Shown here: one piece after another, positions 8,572 to 17,941 of the stretch
How the letters are laid out: every line of letters starts with the position of its first letter
Position numbering within the stretch: position 1 is the stretch's first letter
Source: a virus
Taxonomy: Duplodnaviria > Caudoviricetes
DNA: 56,694 bases
IMG/VR virus record: IMGVR_UViG_3300021375_000032
Location: 1 to 56,694 of that record
Reading direction: 5' to 3' (one strand)
Notes under the pieces: generated by a model
Seen by the model: the letters and a program-made list of their open reading frames with translations, nothing else
Told to the model about the DNA's origin: nothing
The model's database searches: none
Position numbers and translations under genes: made by a program

Positions 8572-10809
8572 TTATGGATTTACCTGAACACTTGCGCCTG
8601 CTGATCCGCCAGCTGTTGATATACTAGCATTCCATGTACCAACTATACCCAATGTACTTGATACACTGCCAGAAAGATCACTGGAAGGAATAGTGCCGCC
8701 ATCTGGCCCTGTAATAATTACACTTGCTGATGATGCTCCATTAGCATTCCAAGATATAGTATACACTGTACTATTAATAGTTCCAGAGCTTGGTGTAAAG
8801 CTAATACTAGGGGGCGGTATTACAGGAGGGGGCGGTGGAGGAGAACTTACTGTTACTGATGCAGATGCGCTTCCGCCACTAGTATCAATTGTTGCACTCC
8901 ATGTGCCGACTATGCCTAATGTACTCGATGCAGACCCGCTTGCATCAGTAGTATTATATGTCGGTCCTTCTGGAGAATTTAATGTAACTGTTCTCGATCC
9001 TGCGCCAGCATCATCCCATGATAGTGTATAAATTGTATCATTGATATATCCAGAACTCGGTGTAAAGCTAATGCTCGGATCTGCTGGTCTTGCAGTTCCT
9101 GACCAACTTCTAGAGAACGACTCTGTACTGCTATAAAATAAGAACGAGCCGGTGCCGGTGCCAATTGTTAATGGTTCAATGCCAAGGATAACCGAACGAC
9201 TCTGGCCGGCGCTCATTGAGAAAGAAGTTGATGCTCCTGGACTACTTATTCCGTCTACGGATACACTCCACTGACTAGGTCTACTTGTTTCTTGAACTAT
9301 AATCGATCCGCTTCCACTGTTGCAAGTTACTGTATATGCATAGCTAACAGTGCCTTGAGATATCGGTATATTAAAGTTCATGTCAGAAGCAGGACTGACC
9401 GAGAAAGTAAATCCTGCAGGAGTTGGACCCGGAGACGGACTCGGATCTGGTGGCGGAGTTGGTGGCGGAGTTGGTGCAGGTGTTGTGCTAGTATCACCAA
9501 TATTAACAATGCCGCTAGTTGCTAGTATTTCTCCAGAAACTGAACCCGATCGTAAACTAATTGAAAAACTTTCAACTCCTTCTGTTGCTAAGTCATTGCT
9601 AAGTGTTCGTGTAATTGTACCGGCATTGTTATTAATAGTAACTGTACCAGATGTTACTCCATCAGTAAAATCTAAGCCAGTTGGCTGGCTGCTGGATACT
9701 GCATTTGTTGACCAATATAATGTTGTAGAGTTTGAAACATTAGTAGTTGTAATTGTAAATGACGCATTTGCACCTTCGTTAGCGTTTGCAGGTCCGCTAA
9801 TATTATAACTCGGTGTAATAACACCTGATAATGTTCTTATGGTTGCTCCTACTGGCGGAGAATCAATAATAACTGCATCATGTACTGTTCCGTTAATAGA
9901 TATTTGACTGCTAGGAGTTGCTGTTGATATACTACTATTAAATGTACCAAATACTGCTTCATCAATTCCATAAGTAAGATCATTAGGAAGTCCGTCTGTA
10001 AACTCTACTTTAAATTTTATAGCAGATGTACCATCTAATGTTGTTTCATTAGTAGCATATATGTTATAACTATTACGAGAATAAACCGCGCCGCCGGTTG
10101 TAGAATAAACTAATTGATATGTTGAATTAAGATCATAATTTCCTATACTAGATCCAGAACCAATTCCTGCATTATTAACTGTTGATTCTGCCTTGAAACT
10201 AGTTGTTCCCATAATGTTTAATATTGTTTGCCAGTCTACTGTTTTAGCTTGACTTCCTGTATAATCAACCGATGCACCAAACCGAATTTCGCCGCCGGCG
10301 TTAAAAAAATGTCTCCTATCAAGGACAGACGGAAATGTTACTGTAAAAATATGACTAAGTGTTCCATTCCATGAACCCGAACTTGCGGGACGGGTACTGC
10401 TTGCTTCTGGTAAACTAGCTATAGTTAAGTTAGCAGGAGCAACAATTAATCTATCAGTATCAATACTAGTTGCTAATGATTCTAATCCTAAAATATATGC
10501 TTCTTCAATTTTATCAGCAGTTGCAGTATTAGCTTCGTAATCACCGATTACAAATTCGTCAATAGCAACCGATGCTCCAACTTGATGTGAACGTGTCCTA
10601 ATTAAATCAATATATAAATCTTCGTAGTCTTGTGCAGAAACTTTATCTGCATTAGCAAGATCATTTGCTGCACGAGAACCAACCACACTGTTTGTACTAA
10701 ATGGTTGGCCGTAGCCGTAAGTGGCAGAAATATCAGCAGAAGTGCCAAGTACTAAATTTACTTGATTTCTAAGTGTGTTATATCTACTTGCTAATATAGT
10801 TACTGACAT
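8572..10809 (-). CDS. Virion structural/adhesin-like protein: conserved N-terminal domain, Calx-beta-like domain, Pro-rich linkers, duplicated C-terminal beta domains
   Basis: N-terminal ~300 aa is homologous to 10871..11794 (YGQ..., R.HQVG, FFNxGGEIR, SSIGNYDL). Also ANEG...TEGVESFSISLRSGS, PTPPPTPPP linkers and two PSISFTPSSG...SSTLGIVGTW repeats. Confidence 0.65.
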   Translation of the reverse strand: MSVTILASRYNTLRNQVNLVLGTSADISATYGYGQPFSTNSVVGSRAANDLANADKVSAQDYEDLYIDLIRTRSHQVGASVAIDEFVIGDYEANTATADKIEEAYILGLESLATSIDTDRLIVAPANLTIASLPEASSTRPASSGSWNGTLSHIFTVTFPSVLDRRHFFNAGGEIRFGASVDYTGSQAKTVDWQTILNIMGTTSFKAESTVNNAGIGSGSSIGNYDLNSTYQLVYSTTGGAVYSRNSYNIYATNETTLDGTSAIKFKVEFTDGLPNDLTYGIDEAVFGTFNSSISTATPSSQISINGTVHDAVIIDSPPVGATIRTLSGVITPSYNISGPANANEGANASFTITTTNVSNSTTLYWSTNAVSSSQPTGLDFTDGVTSGTVTINNNAGTITRTLSNDLATEGVESFSISLRSGSVSGEILATSGIVNIGDTSTTPAPTPPPTPPPDPSPSPGPTPAGFTFSVSPASDMNFNIPISQGTVSYAYTVTCNSGSGSIIVQETSRPSQWSVSVDGISSPGASTSFSMSAGQSRSVILGIEPLTIGTGTGSFLFYSSTESFSRSWSGTARPADPSISFTPSSGYINDTIYTLSWDDAGAGSRTVTLNSPEGPTYNTTDASGSASSTLGIVGTWSATIDTSGGSASASVTVSSPPPPPPVIPPPSISFTPSSGTINSTVYTISWNANGASSASVIITGPDGGTIPSSDLSGSVSSTLGIVGTWNASISTAGGSAGASVQVNP
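9449..9472. repeat. 12-bp tandem repeat (ggtggcggagtt x2) encoding a Pro/Thr linker
   Basis: Seen directly in the sequence. Confidence 0.85.
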
Positions 10810-10833
10810 CTATCATCTCTTTTTGTTATCAAG

Positions 10834-10840
10834 TATTTAT
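10834..10840 (-). promoter_or_regulatory. Late promoter-like ATAAATA
   Basis: Intergenic, ~25 nt upstream of the 10809 start; resembles T4 late TATAAATA. Confidence 0.6.
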
Positions 10841-10870
10841 TTAAAAATATTTCAAGCACAAAAAGTTTGA

Positions 10871-11794
10871 TTATGCTAATGTTTGTGTATTATAGTAAGA
10901 CGGTGCTGATACTACTACGTCACCGTTTGCACGATAATGTTGAATTGTACTTTCTAATCTGCCATCAACGTTGTTGTCAACATTATTATCAAATACTACA
11001 TCATTGAATTCAATTCTAAAAATGATACGTGTATCAATATCTGAACGTGCTTTAACAGTATAAATATTGCCAGCATATACTGCACTATATGTGCCGCTGC
11101 CAACTTTTGTGTATATATCTTGATATGCACTTGTTAAATCATAATTACCAATCGACGAGCCGCCGCCAGTAGTTGAAACTGTTGTTTCTGCACTAAATTT
11201 AATTGTTCCTACTTGCGAACATAATTGACTCCAATCTAATCCTTTAGGTGTTGAAGATCCGGTGTTGTTTGCACTAATTCGTATCTCGCCGCCTGTATTA
11301 AAGAAAAAGCGTTTGGCGTCAGCTGAACTAAATGTAGCAGTTACTTCGTGATAAATTAATCCGTTCCAAGAACTAGTTCTTGCACTAGATATAGCAGGTT
11401 CTAATGCAGATTGTGTAGGATGTATAAGTTGTTTATCTGCTTGAACTTGTGCCATTAGATTTTCAAAGTCTACTATTCCCTTTTTAAATCCGTCTGGGTC
11501 TATTGAAGTTACGCCATTATCGTTAATAAACGAACTTGTTTGTTCTGCAACAATATTAAGATTCTGTATAACTTCAGCAATTCCTATATCAGTTACGCCT
11601 ACTTGATGCACTCTTGCTTTAAGTATGTCGGTATAGATAAGATTTATATCTTCAGCAGTTATAATATCATCAGTATTATTAACTGGTAAACTAGAAACTA
11701 TTTGTCCATATCCGTTTTGTCCGGACCCGGATCCTAGTATTAGTGCAATACTAGATTGTAAGTTATTAATTCGTGCTGCTGTGATATCTGCCAT
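10871..11794 (-). CDS. Putative virion structural protein (paralog of the N-terminus of 8572..10809)
   Basis: Shared motifs with its neighbour; AAGGA RBS; lies in the tail region. Confidence 0.65.
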   Translation of the reverse strand: MADITAARINNLQSSIALILGSGSGQNGYGQIVSSLPVNNTDDIITAEDINLIYTDILKARVHQVGVTDIGIAEVIQNLNIVAEQTSSFINDNGVTSIDPDGFKKGIVDFENLMAQVQADKQLIHPTQSALEPAISSARTSSWNGLIYHEVTATFSSADAKRFFFNTGGEIRISANNTGSSTPKGLDWSQLCSQVGTIKFSAETTVSTTGGGSSIGNYDLTSAYQDIYTKVGSGTYSAVYAGNIYTVKARSDIDTRIIFRIEFNDVVFDNNVDNNVDGRLESTIQHYRANGDVVVSAPSYYNTQTLA

Positions 11795-11803
11795 GATGAT
11801 TCC

Positions 11804-13291
11804 TTAAACTTTTAGTACACATTCTACTAGTTTTTCGCCCTCATCACTATTGCTTTCGAGTGCAACACCGACTAAACTTCCTCCGTTAATTGCTGTGCTT
11901 GCACAACCGTTATCATTAACATAAACTTCTTGCCCTTTTTTAACTGCACCTATAACACGAACTGGTAAACGCCCTTTAAGACCAATGTATTGACCTTCTG
12001 CTTCACTGTTCATCATCACAGCAGGATCAGTTGATACAACACCAATTGCAATTGTACCTACACTTGCTGCTTCAACTTCGTGATCTTCGTGTGCGCACAC
12101 TGTAACTACTGTTCCAGGTGCTAGTTCTTCTGCTGTAGAATACTTTTCTGCTAAGTCAGCATAACGTGCTTGTGTTGCTGTACCTTGGAACAAGTTTGCA
12201 GCAATTGATCCAGTTGCATCTCTAACTGCAACTGTATTATTAGTTGCACTAGCACTTGCACTACGGAAATCACTACCTACTCTTAGTGTAGAAGCTTTAG
12301 ACGCTTCGCCTGTAAAGTTAGCAGCATAAACATTTGACCATCCTAGACTAGCACTACCTAATGTAAATGTGTTGTCTGCTGCTGGTACAACTCCAGTTGA
12401 TGTAACTGTGCCAACATGTGTTAGTACGCCTGCGCCGCTAGTAACTTTTAGTTTAATGGTGCCATTATTAGTAATATTTTGTATAATACCGTCAAAACCG
12501 TTGTCATCAATCTTTATTTGTAGATCTTGTGATGCGCCTATTAGTATTCCGTCATCTGTTTGGGTTTCAATTGCACTTGTAAATATAGTGTTGCCTACGC
12601 CTGTTTGTACAAAGTTTGCTGCTGCAACTCCACCTAGCTTTTCAGCATTAGTAGCAGTTCCGTGGAATCTATCAGTTGTACTTGTGACGCCAGCTGTGGC
12701 TAGTTTAGTATTTCTTAGGGTAATGCCTTTATTAATTCTATCAAAGCCTTGTGATATAAGTGACGACTCACTAGCATTTAAATCAAACGTAGAAAGACTT
12801 ACAACATAAGTTGTTTCGTCCTCAATAACAGCAGCAATTATTCCTCTTGTTGTACTTGTAGTATCAAGAACTTCTAGGCTTTGCATTTGGGTTACACCTT
12901 CGCCTGCGTTCTGTGGTCCTATAAGTACAAAGTTTGTACCGTTGTATACATATAATTGATCGTTGCCACTGTCCCACCAAAAGTCGCCATTGGCTAAACC
13001 GGTTGGCTCTGCTGCTCCGATTTCTGCGCCGCCTGTTGTGCGCCACTGTGTGCCATCGTAAAATTTTAATTTACTTGTTCCGCTATCAAACCATACTTGA
13101 CCACTAATTGGTCTTGCTGGCTGATTTGCTCCGCTAAAGTTTTCTAACAAAAACAAGAAGTTTTCGTTTTGTATTTCACCGTACCCTGCGTAGTTTTTAC
13201 CGATGAATTTTAGGTCAGTTGTTTGATCAACTGTTCCATCTTCCACTGTGGTTAGCAGTGTGTTGTTATATCTGTCTATTGAATAAGCCAT
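11804..13291 (-). CDS. Tail-fibre-like protein with C-terminal intramolecular-chaperone (peptidase G2/S74-like) domain
   Basis: N-terminal NENFLFLLENF..P..GQVWFD...LKFYDGTQW module; C-terminal YADLAEKY...GTVV...IGVVSTDPA..MN...GLKGRLPVRV.G..KG. Confidence 0.7.
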   Translation of the reverse strand: MAYSIDRYNNTLLTTVEDGTVDQTTDLKFIGKNYAGYGEIQNENFLFLLENFSGANQPARPISGQVWFDSGTSKLKFYDGTQWRTTGGAEIGAAEPTGLANGDFWWDSGNDQLYVYNGTNFVLIGPQNAGEGVTQMQSLEVLDTTSTTRGIIAAVIEDETTYVVSLSTFDLNASESSLISQGFDRINKGITLRNTKLATAGVTSTTDRFHGTATNAEKLGGVAAANFVQTGVGNTIFTSAIETQTDDGILIGASQDLQIKIDDNGFDGIIQNITNNGTIKLKVTSGAGVLTHVGTVTSTGVVPAADNTFTLGSASLGWSNVYAANFTGEASKASTLRVGSDFRSASASATNNTVAVRDATGSIAANLFQGTATQARYADLAEKYSTAEELAPGTVVTVCAHEDHEVEAASVGTIAIGVVSTDPAVMMNSEAEGQYIGLKGRLPVRVIGAVKKGQEVYVNDNGCASTAINGGSLVGVALESNSDEGEKLVECVLKV

Positions 13292-13321
13292 GTTCTTATG
13301 TAACCCCTAATGCTATTATAT

Positions 13322-13328
13322 TATTTAT
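13322..13328 (-). promoter_or_regulatory. Late promoter-like ATAAATA
   Basis: Intergenic, ~30 nt upstream of the 13291 start. Confidence 0.6.
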
Positions 13329-13333
13329 CGTTT

Positions 13334-15244
13334 TTATGGATACGCAGTAGTTCCTACGAAATCCCAACTTGTTCCGTTTGACTGGTATGTCATTAAAGTT
13401 CTTTCTGGTGTAAGGATAACGTTACCACTAGCTCCTTCAGCAGCAAATGCAATATCTTGCACTACTGATTCATTCTGTGTTCCGTTTGAATCTACTGCAA
13501 TGTAGCTTACATTTTTTGCACCTTCTACATCCACGCCTTCAACTGTTGCTCCAGCATAAGACGTTGTGTGTATACGTGCAGTTTTATTAGTGTTTAGTGT
13601 TACAGCCGGATATAAATCATTTAAGTAAGCTGCAACTGCTGATTGCAATGTAAGACCTGTTCCTAAACCAGTAATATCCATACTAAATACTACTGGATCT
13701 GTAGCAATTTCTTGGTCGACGTACTCTTTTGTTGCAACTGTATTATTTACTGATTCTGTTACAGATAACAATGCAGCTTGTCTTGCGCTAACTGCTTTGG
13801 CTACACCTGTAATTTTCTGGTTATCTGTAATGTTAATATCATTACCAGCTGTAATTGCAATACCATTAGTAGATGTAATTGCCATATCATTAGTAGATGT
13901 AATTGTTTTACCATCAATATTAACTTCATCAATTTGTAATGATAAAAGTGTACCAATTTGATTCAAGTCTAATGCCTTAGTAACATTTACTAATGTATCA
14001 TTTGTTAGTTTATCAACGCCGCCGATTTTGTAACTTGAAGTATTACTTAATAAGTCAAAATTTACGTTTGAAGTAAATGCATTTGTTACATTTTTCCAAA
14101 GTATATCTTTACTTCCTGCACTACTATTAACTTGTATGCCTGAACTGTCTGCCTGTGCATCTGTTAGTTCTGTACTGTCATTAAGTACGCCAATTTCAAT
14201 AATCTTATCTTCTACTCTTAGTGTTTGTATATCTAATGCAACTCTGTCGCCTTCGACAATTAAGTCACCTGTAACTCTTAAATCACCTTCGACATCTAAT
14301 GTATATTCTGGTAATCTGTTAGTAGTAAATATACCAACTCGTGCTGTGCTTGCATCTACATAAATTGCATCAACAGAAATAGATCCAAAAGACGTCGATT
14401 TAACACGTAAACTTAAATCGTGGTCAGTAAGTTGGTTTTCAATATAAAAACGTGGACCAACAACTTTTTGTACGTTGTTCTGAGATAGTCCAATTGTTAA
14501 ACCGCCTGAGTTTTGAATTGTTAGTGTACCAGTCGTAATACCGTTTGCAGTCGATGGTAGGAAACTGTCAGCAGTTCTAACAATGCCAGTAGTAGTTACA
14601 AGAGCATTTGCAGAATTTGCAATTCCTCTAAATTTAAAATTAGCAGTATCAATTATGTTGTATCCTACACGAATAATTCCATTTGGATTATCTGCTGTAA
14701 CTAATCCTAAAACTCGTTGTGCATAAATTGGAGTAAATTCAATGCTACTAATTACCGCAGAAAGAGTCCCGCCGGTATATAAGTACACCACTGTTCTCGA
14801 TCTACTTTGTTGATCAAGTATACTGCCGACTTCAAATCCGCTCTTGCCTTGAGTTACTGTATATTGCGGACCCATCAGCATTAAGTCAGTGCCGTCAAAC
14901 GCATAAACTTGATTGTTTAGATTATCAATCCACATGTCGCCTGCAACCATTTGTGGACGAGTATTTTGTACAATCGGACCGCCGCTAGCTTTCCATACTG
15001 TTCCGTCATAAACTTTTAAACGCTGATCTGCATTATCCCACCACGTTTGTCCTGTTAACGGATTACTTGGCGCAGCAGTATTACTAAAATTTTCTAGTAA
15101 ACGAATAAAGTTTTCGTTAAAGTATTCTCCGTATCCTGTATAGTTTCTACCAACTAATGTAAGATTAGTACTAGCTGTATCAATCTGTCCATCGATTAAG
15201 TCTAGTAGCAGAGTGCCGTCTGTTTTGTTTAGTTGATAACTCAT
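13334..15244 (-). CDS. Tail-fibre-like structural protein
   Basis: Same N-terminal module (GRNYTGYGE..NENFIRLLENF...GQTWWD...LKVYDGTVW); LDVEGDLRVTGDLIVEG fibre-type repeats. Confidence 0.65.
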   Translation of the reverse strand: MSYQLNKTDGTLLLDLIDGQIDTASTNLTLVGRNYTGYGEYFNENFIRLLENFSNTAAPSNPLTGQTWWDNADQRLKVYDGTVWKASGGPIVQNTRPQMVAGDMWIDNLNNQVYAFDGTDLMLMGPQYTVTQGKSGFEVGSILDQQSRSRTVVYLYTGGTLSAVISSIEFTPIYAQRVLGLVTADNPNGIIRVGYNIIDTANFKFRGIANSANALVTTTGIVRTADSFLPSTANGITTGTLTIQNSGGLTIGLSQNNVQKVVGPRFYIENQLTDHDLSLRVKSTSFGSISVDAIYVDASTARVGIFTTNRLPEYTLDVEGDLRVTGDLIVEGDRVALDIQTLRVEDKIIEIGVLNDSTELTDAQADSSGIQVNSSAGSKDILWKNVTNAFTSNVNFDLLSNTSSYKIGGVDKLTNDTLVNVTKALDLNQIGTLLSLQIDEVNIDGKTITSTNDMAITSTNGIAITAGNDINITDNQKITGVAKAVSARQAALLSVTESVNNTVATKEYVDQEIATDPVVFSMDITGLGTGLTLQSAVAAYLNDLYPAVTLNTNKTARIHTTSYAGATVEGVDVEGAKNVSYIAVDSNGTQNESVVQDIAFAAEGASGNVILTPERTLMTYQSNGTSWDFVGTTAYP

Positions 15245-15247
15245 CTA

Positions 15248-17302
15248 TTATTGCCCCGTATAAATTATGTAATTAACTGCTAAGTAAGGATTCATAACAC
15301 CTAATGGCGTTCCTAATGCAGATTCAGTTTTGATGCCGCCGCTGGATGCAATTCCTTGTGTTCCGCCTAATCCTGGCTCAATAGGCAATGTAATTGCATT
15401 ATCATCAACAGGTTCGCCTGCTCCAACTCTAACACCATAAAATTGTGTTCCGCTATCGCCTTCTAGATCATGTTCGTGTTCTGGTAGATTATTAGTTCCT
15501 ATTGTTGTTGTTTCATTGCCAGCGTTCCCGCCAATAGCATCAGCAGCAATGTCTGTTACTCTATTTGCACTTGGGCCACCCATGTTGTCAAGACCTAGTG
15601 CAAATCTGCCTCTAAAGTCTGGCAATGTAAATTTAGCAACACCGTTGTCACTAACTAAACTAGCATCTTTAAAGTTATGTTGAATTGCAATCCAAAGTTC
15701 GTTGTAATCAGACTTATTAACTTCTTGTCCGTCACATAGTAACCAACCATCAGGTGCTTCTTCTCCACCAAATGGCATCATTGCTCCAGCTGGTACTAGT
15801 GGAATTGTTTTTAAGAAGTTACGTTTTGTAATTCTGTATACACCAGTAGTTCCTGTTGTTACGTTTAATAATAATTCGTCTGCATTTCCTGCATCATACG
15901 TAACTTCTTTGTTACTAATAAAACTGTTTGCAATATTTACTGCAAATGTTTTTGTACTGCCACCTGTTTGTCCGTCAAATTCAAAGCTGTTTGGTTCTAC
16001 ATCACCACTTAGTGTAAAAGTAGTAGCACTTGCTAATCTGTCTGCCGAACCGGCCCTGCCACTTACTGTACCACTTACGTTACCTTGTAGATTACCAAAG
16101 AATGTTGTTGCATAAACTTGATCATACTTGTTAATCGACGTACCAATATTTCTTACACTATTACTATCAGGAGATATATTACCTGTTTGTAGTACACCGC
16201 CAACATCAACGTCGCCGCCAATGTATGCATTAAGTGCAATACCCAAGCCGCCTGTTGTTACAATACTTCCTGTGCCGATTGATAATGAATTTTCAGTGCT
16301 TGTAACTTTTAATATACCGGTCTCAGCTGCGCCTGCTTTGGGCGCAATCTTAATGTTACCTTTTACATCAATAGTTTCTTCAGGCGCATTATTATTAAAT
16401 CCTACATTACCATCACTGTTAATACTTATAATAGTCGGAGTTAAATTTCCGTTACGCATTCTAACATCAATACTTGATCCACTAGTATTGTGTTGTATTA
16501 TACCAGTTTCACCATCAATACCTAAACTTAGTTGGCCTCCGGTACCTATTTTAACACCGTCATTACTTTTAACACTTAATTGGAAATTTGTACTGCTTGC
16601 TGCATTTCCTCTTAAAAAGTTACTTGCAGGAATTGCAGTATTGCCAACTACTAATGCTTCTGCTTTTTCAGCTGTTCCGTAATACTTTAGTGCCTGTAAT
16701 CCAACAATTGCTTCATCTGCAATGTTCATGCCAGGATTAATACCTTTTCTAAATCCTTTAATTGATACTTTTGGTATAAAACTTTGACTACTAATAATAA
16801 TTACTGGCTGATCTTCAACTTTAATTGCTAGCACGTTGTATGTTATATCATCAGTGCCTACAATTTCCTGTGCTTGTGCACCAGTTAATAGTCCATCACT
16901 AAAATCTGGACCAACTAGTACCCATGAACTGCCTGTAAATAAATATAGCTGCTGACTTTCTGTGTTGACCCACAAGTCGCCTGCACTTGAATTTGCAACA
17001 GCCGGTGCAGCACTAGCCTTTTTAAGGCCGCCGCTCGCTACCCAGTTTGTACCGTCGTATACTTTAAGCTGATCAACTCCGTCTGTAGTATCATACCAAA
17101 GTTGTCCTTCTACTGGACGAAGAGGAGGTGTTGTATTTGCAAAATTTTCTAGTAAGTGTAAGAAGTTTTCGTTTACTGCTTGACCATACGCTGTAGTGCC
17201 TCGTCCTGGAAAATTTAAACTTGTTTCGCTATTAAGTGTGTTGTCTTCTACTGTAATTGAACCTTTATTAACAGTGTCAGTGTAACTTATTGTATATGGC
17301 AT
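15248..17302 (-). CDS. Tail fibre protein with C-terminal phage tail-collar domain
   Basis: Same N-terminal module; PAGAMMPFGG..APDGWLLCDGQ...FTLPDFRGRF...NLPEHEH...NPYLAVNYII is a tail-collar/short-fibre tip signature. Confidence 0.8.
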   Translation of the reverse strand: MPYTISYTDTVNKGSITVEDNTLNSETSLNFPGRGTTAYGQAVNENFLHLLENFANTTPPLRPVEGQLWYDTTDGVDQLKVYDGTNWVASGGLKKASAAPAVANSSAGDLWVNTESQQLYLFTGSSWVLVGPDFSDGLLTGAQAQEIVGTDDITYNVLAIKVEDQPVIIISSQSFIPKVSIKGFRKGINPGMNIADEAIVGLQALKYYGTAEKAEALVVGNTAIPASNFLRGNAASSTNFQLSVKSNDGVKIGTGGQLSLGIDGETGIIQHNTSGSSIDVRMRNGNLTPTIISINSDGNVGFNNNAPEETIDVKGNIKIAPKAGAAETGILKVTSTENSLSIGTGSIVTTGGLGIALNAYIGGDVDVGGVLQTGNISPDSNSVRNIGTSINKYDQVYATTFFGNLQGNVSGTVSGRAGSADRLASATTFTLSGDVEPNSFEFDGQTGGSTKTFAVNIANSFISNKEVTYDAGNADELLLNVTTGTTGVYRITKRNFLKTIPLVPAGAMMPFGGEEAPDGWLLCDGQEVNKSDYNELWIAIQHNFKDASLVSDNGVAKFTLPDFRGRFALGLDNMGGPSANRVTDIAADAIGGNAGNETTTIGTNNLPEHEHDLEGDSGTQFYGVRVGAGEPVDDNAITLPIEPGLGGTQGIASSGGIKTESALGTPLGVMNPYLAVNYIIYTGQ

Positions 17303-17312
17303 AATTTACTCC

Positions 17313-17915
17313 TTACCCTGCTAAACTTTGTACACGCACTGTGTAGTCGATTTGAATTAATCTGTTGAGCGACTTTTGTACAGGGTGGAAAATAACATGA
17401 GTAATTAATTTGCCAGTGCCGCTTGTACTGTAACTTCTTAAACCTAATTCATCAAACACATACGGACTATCTGTTGCACTAGCTGTATCAAATGCATCTT
17501 GGCCGTTTGGTTCGCCGTAGTCCAACAAGCAACTTACTACAATATCAGTATAGTTTGTACCACTAACATGTCTTGTTTCTAGTTTATTACGTACAGGATC
17601 TGTATTATTTACACTTCTGTCATCAACAACCTTAGTATAGGTTTGGTTATATAGACTTGCATTTGTGCCAGTACTGTTTGGCGTTAGATATGTAATAATA
17701 CCGGTTGGATCGACACTTGTGCCGCCGTTGCCAAATGACATTTCATATATAAAGCCTTGCCCAGCATTTGACAAACTTTCTGCTAATGCAATACTCATAT
17801 TTTCATAATGAATTGCATTACGCTTATTAATATAAACTTTTTGTGATTCAGGGTCGAATATCTTAATATGTCCCTGAACTAATACTCCGTTTGTGTCTTG
17901 CATGTTATCGCTCAT
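17313..17915 (-). CDS. Putative baseplate/tail structural protein
   Basis: 200-aa ORF between the giant protein and the fibres; GHIKIFD...N.I, FDELGL and ITHVIFHPVQKS...IDYTV resemble fibre-attachment baseplate proteins. Confidence 0.55.
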   Translation of the reverse strand: MSDNMQDTNGVLVQGHIKIFDPESQKVYINKRNAIHYENMSIALAESLSNAGQGFIYEMSFGNGGTSVDPTGIITYLTPNSTGTNASLYNQTYTKVVDDRSVNNTDPVRNKLETRHVSGTNYTDIVVSCLLDYGEPNGQDAFDTASATDSPYVFDELGLRSYSTSGTGKLITHVIFHPVQKSLNRLIQIDYTVRVQSLAG

Positions 17916-17934
17916 TTATTTGTTTCCTATACTG

Positions 17935-17941
17935 TATTTAT
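17935..17941 (-). promoter_or_regulatory. Late promoter-like ATAAATA overlapping the stop of the giant gene
   Basis: ~20 nt upstream of the 17915 start. Confidence 0.55.
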
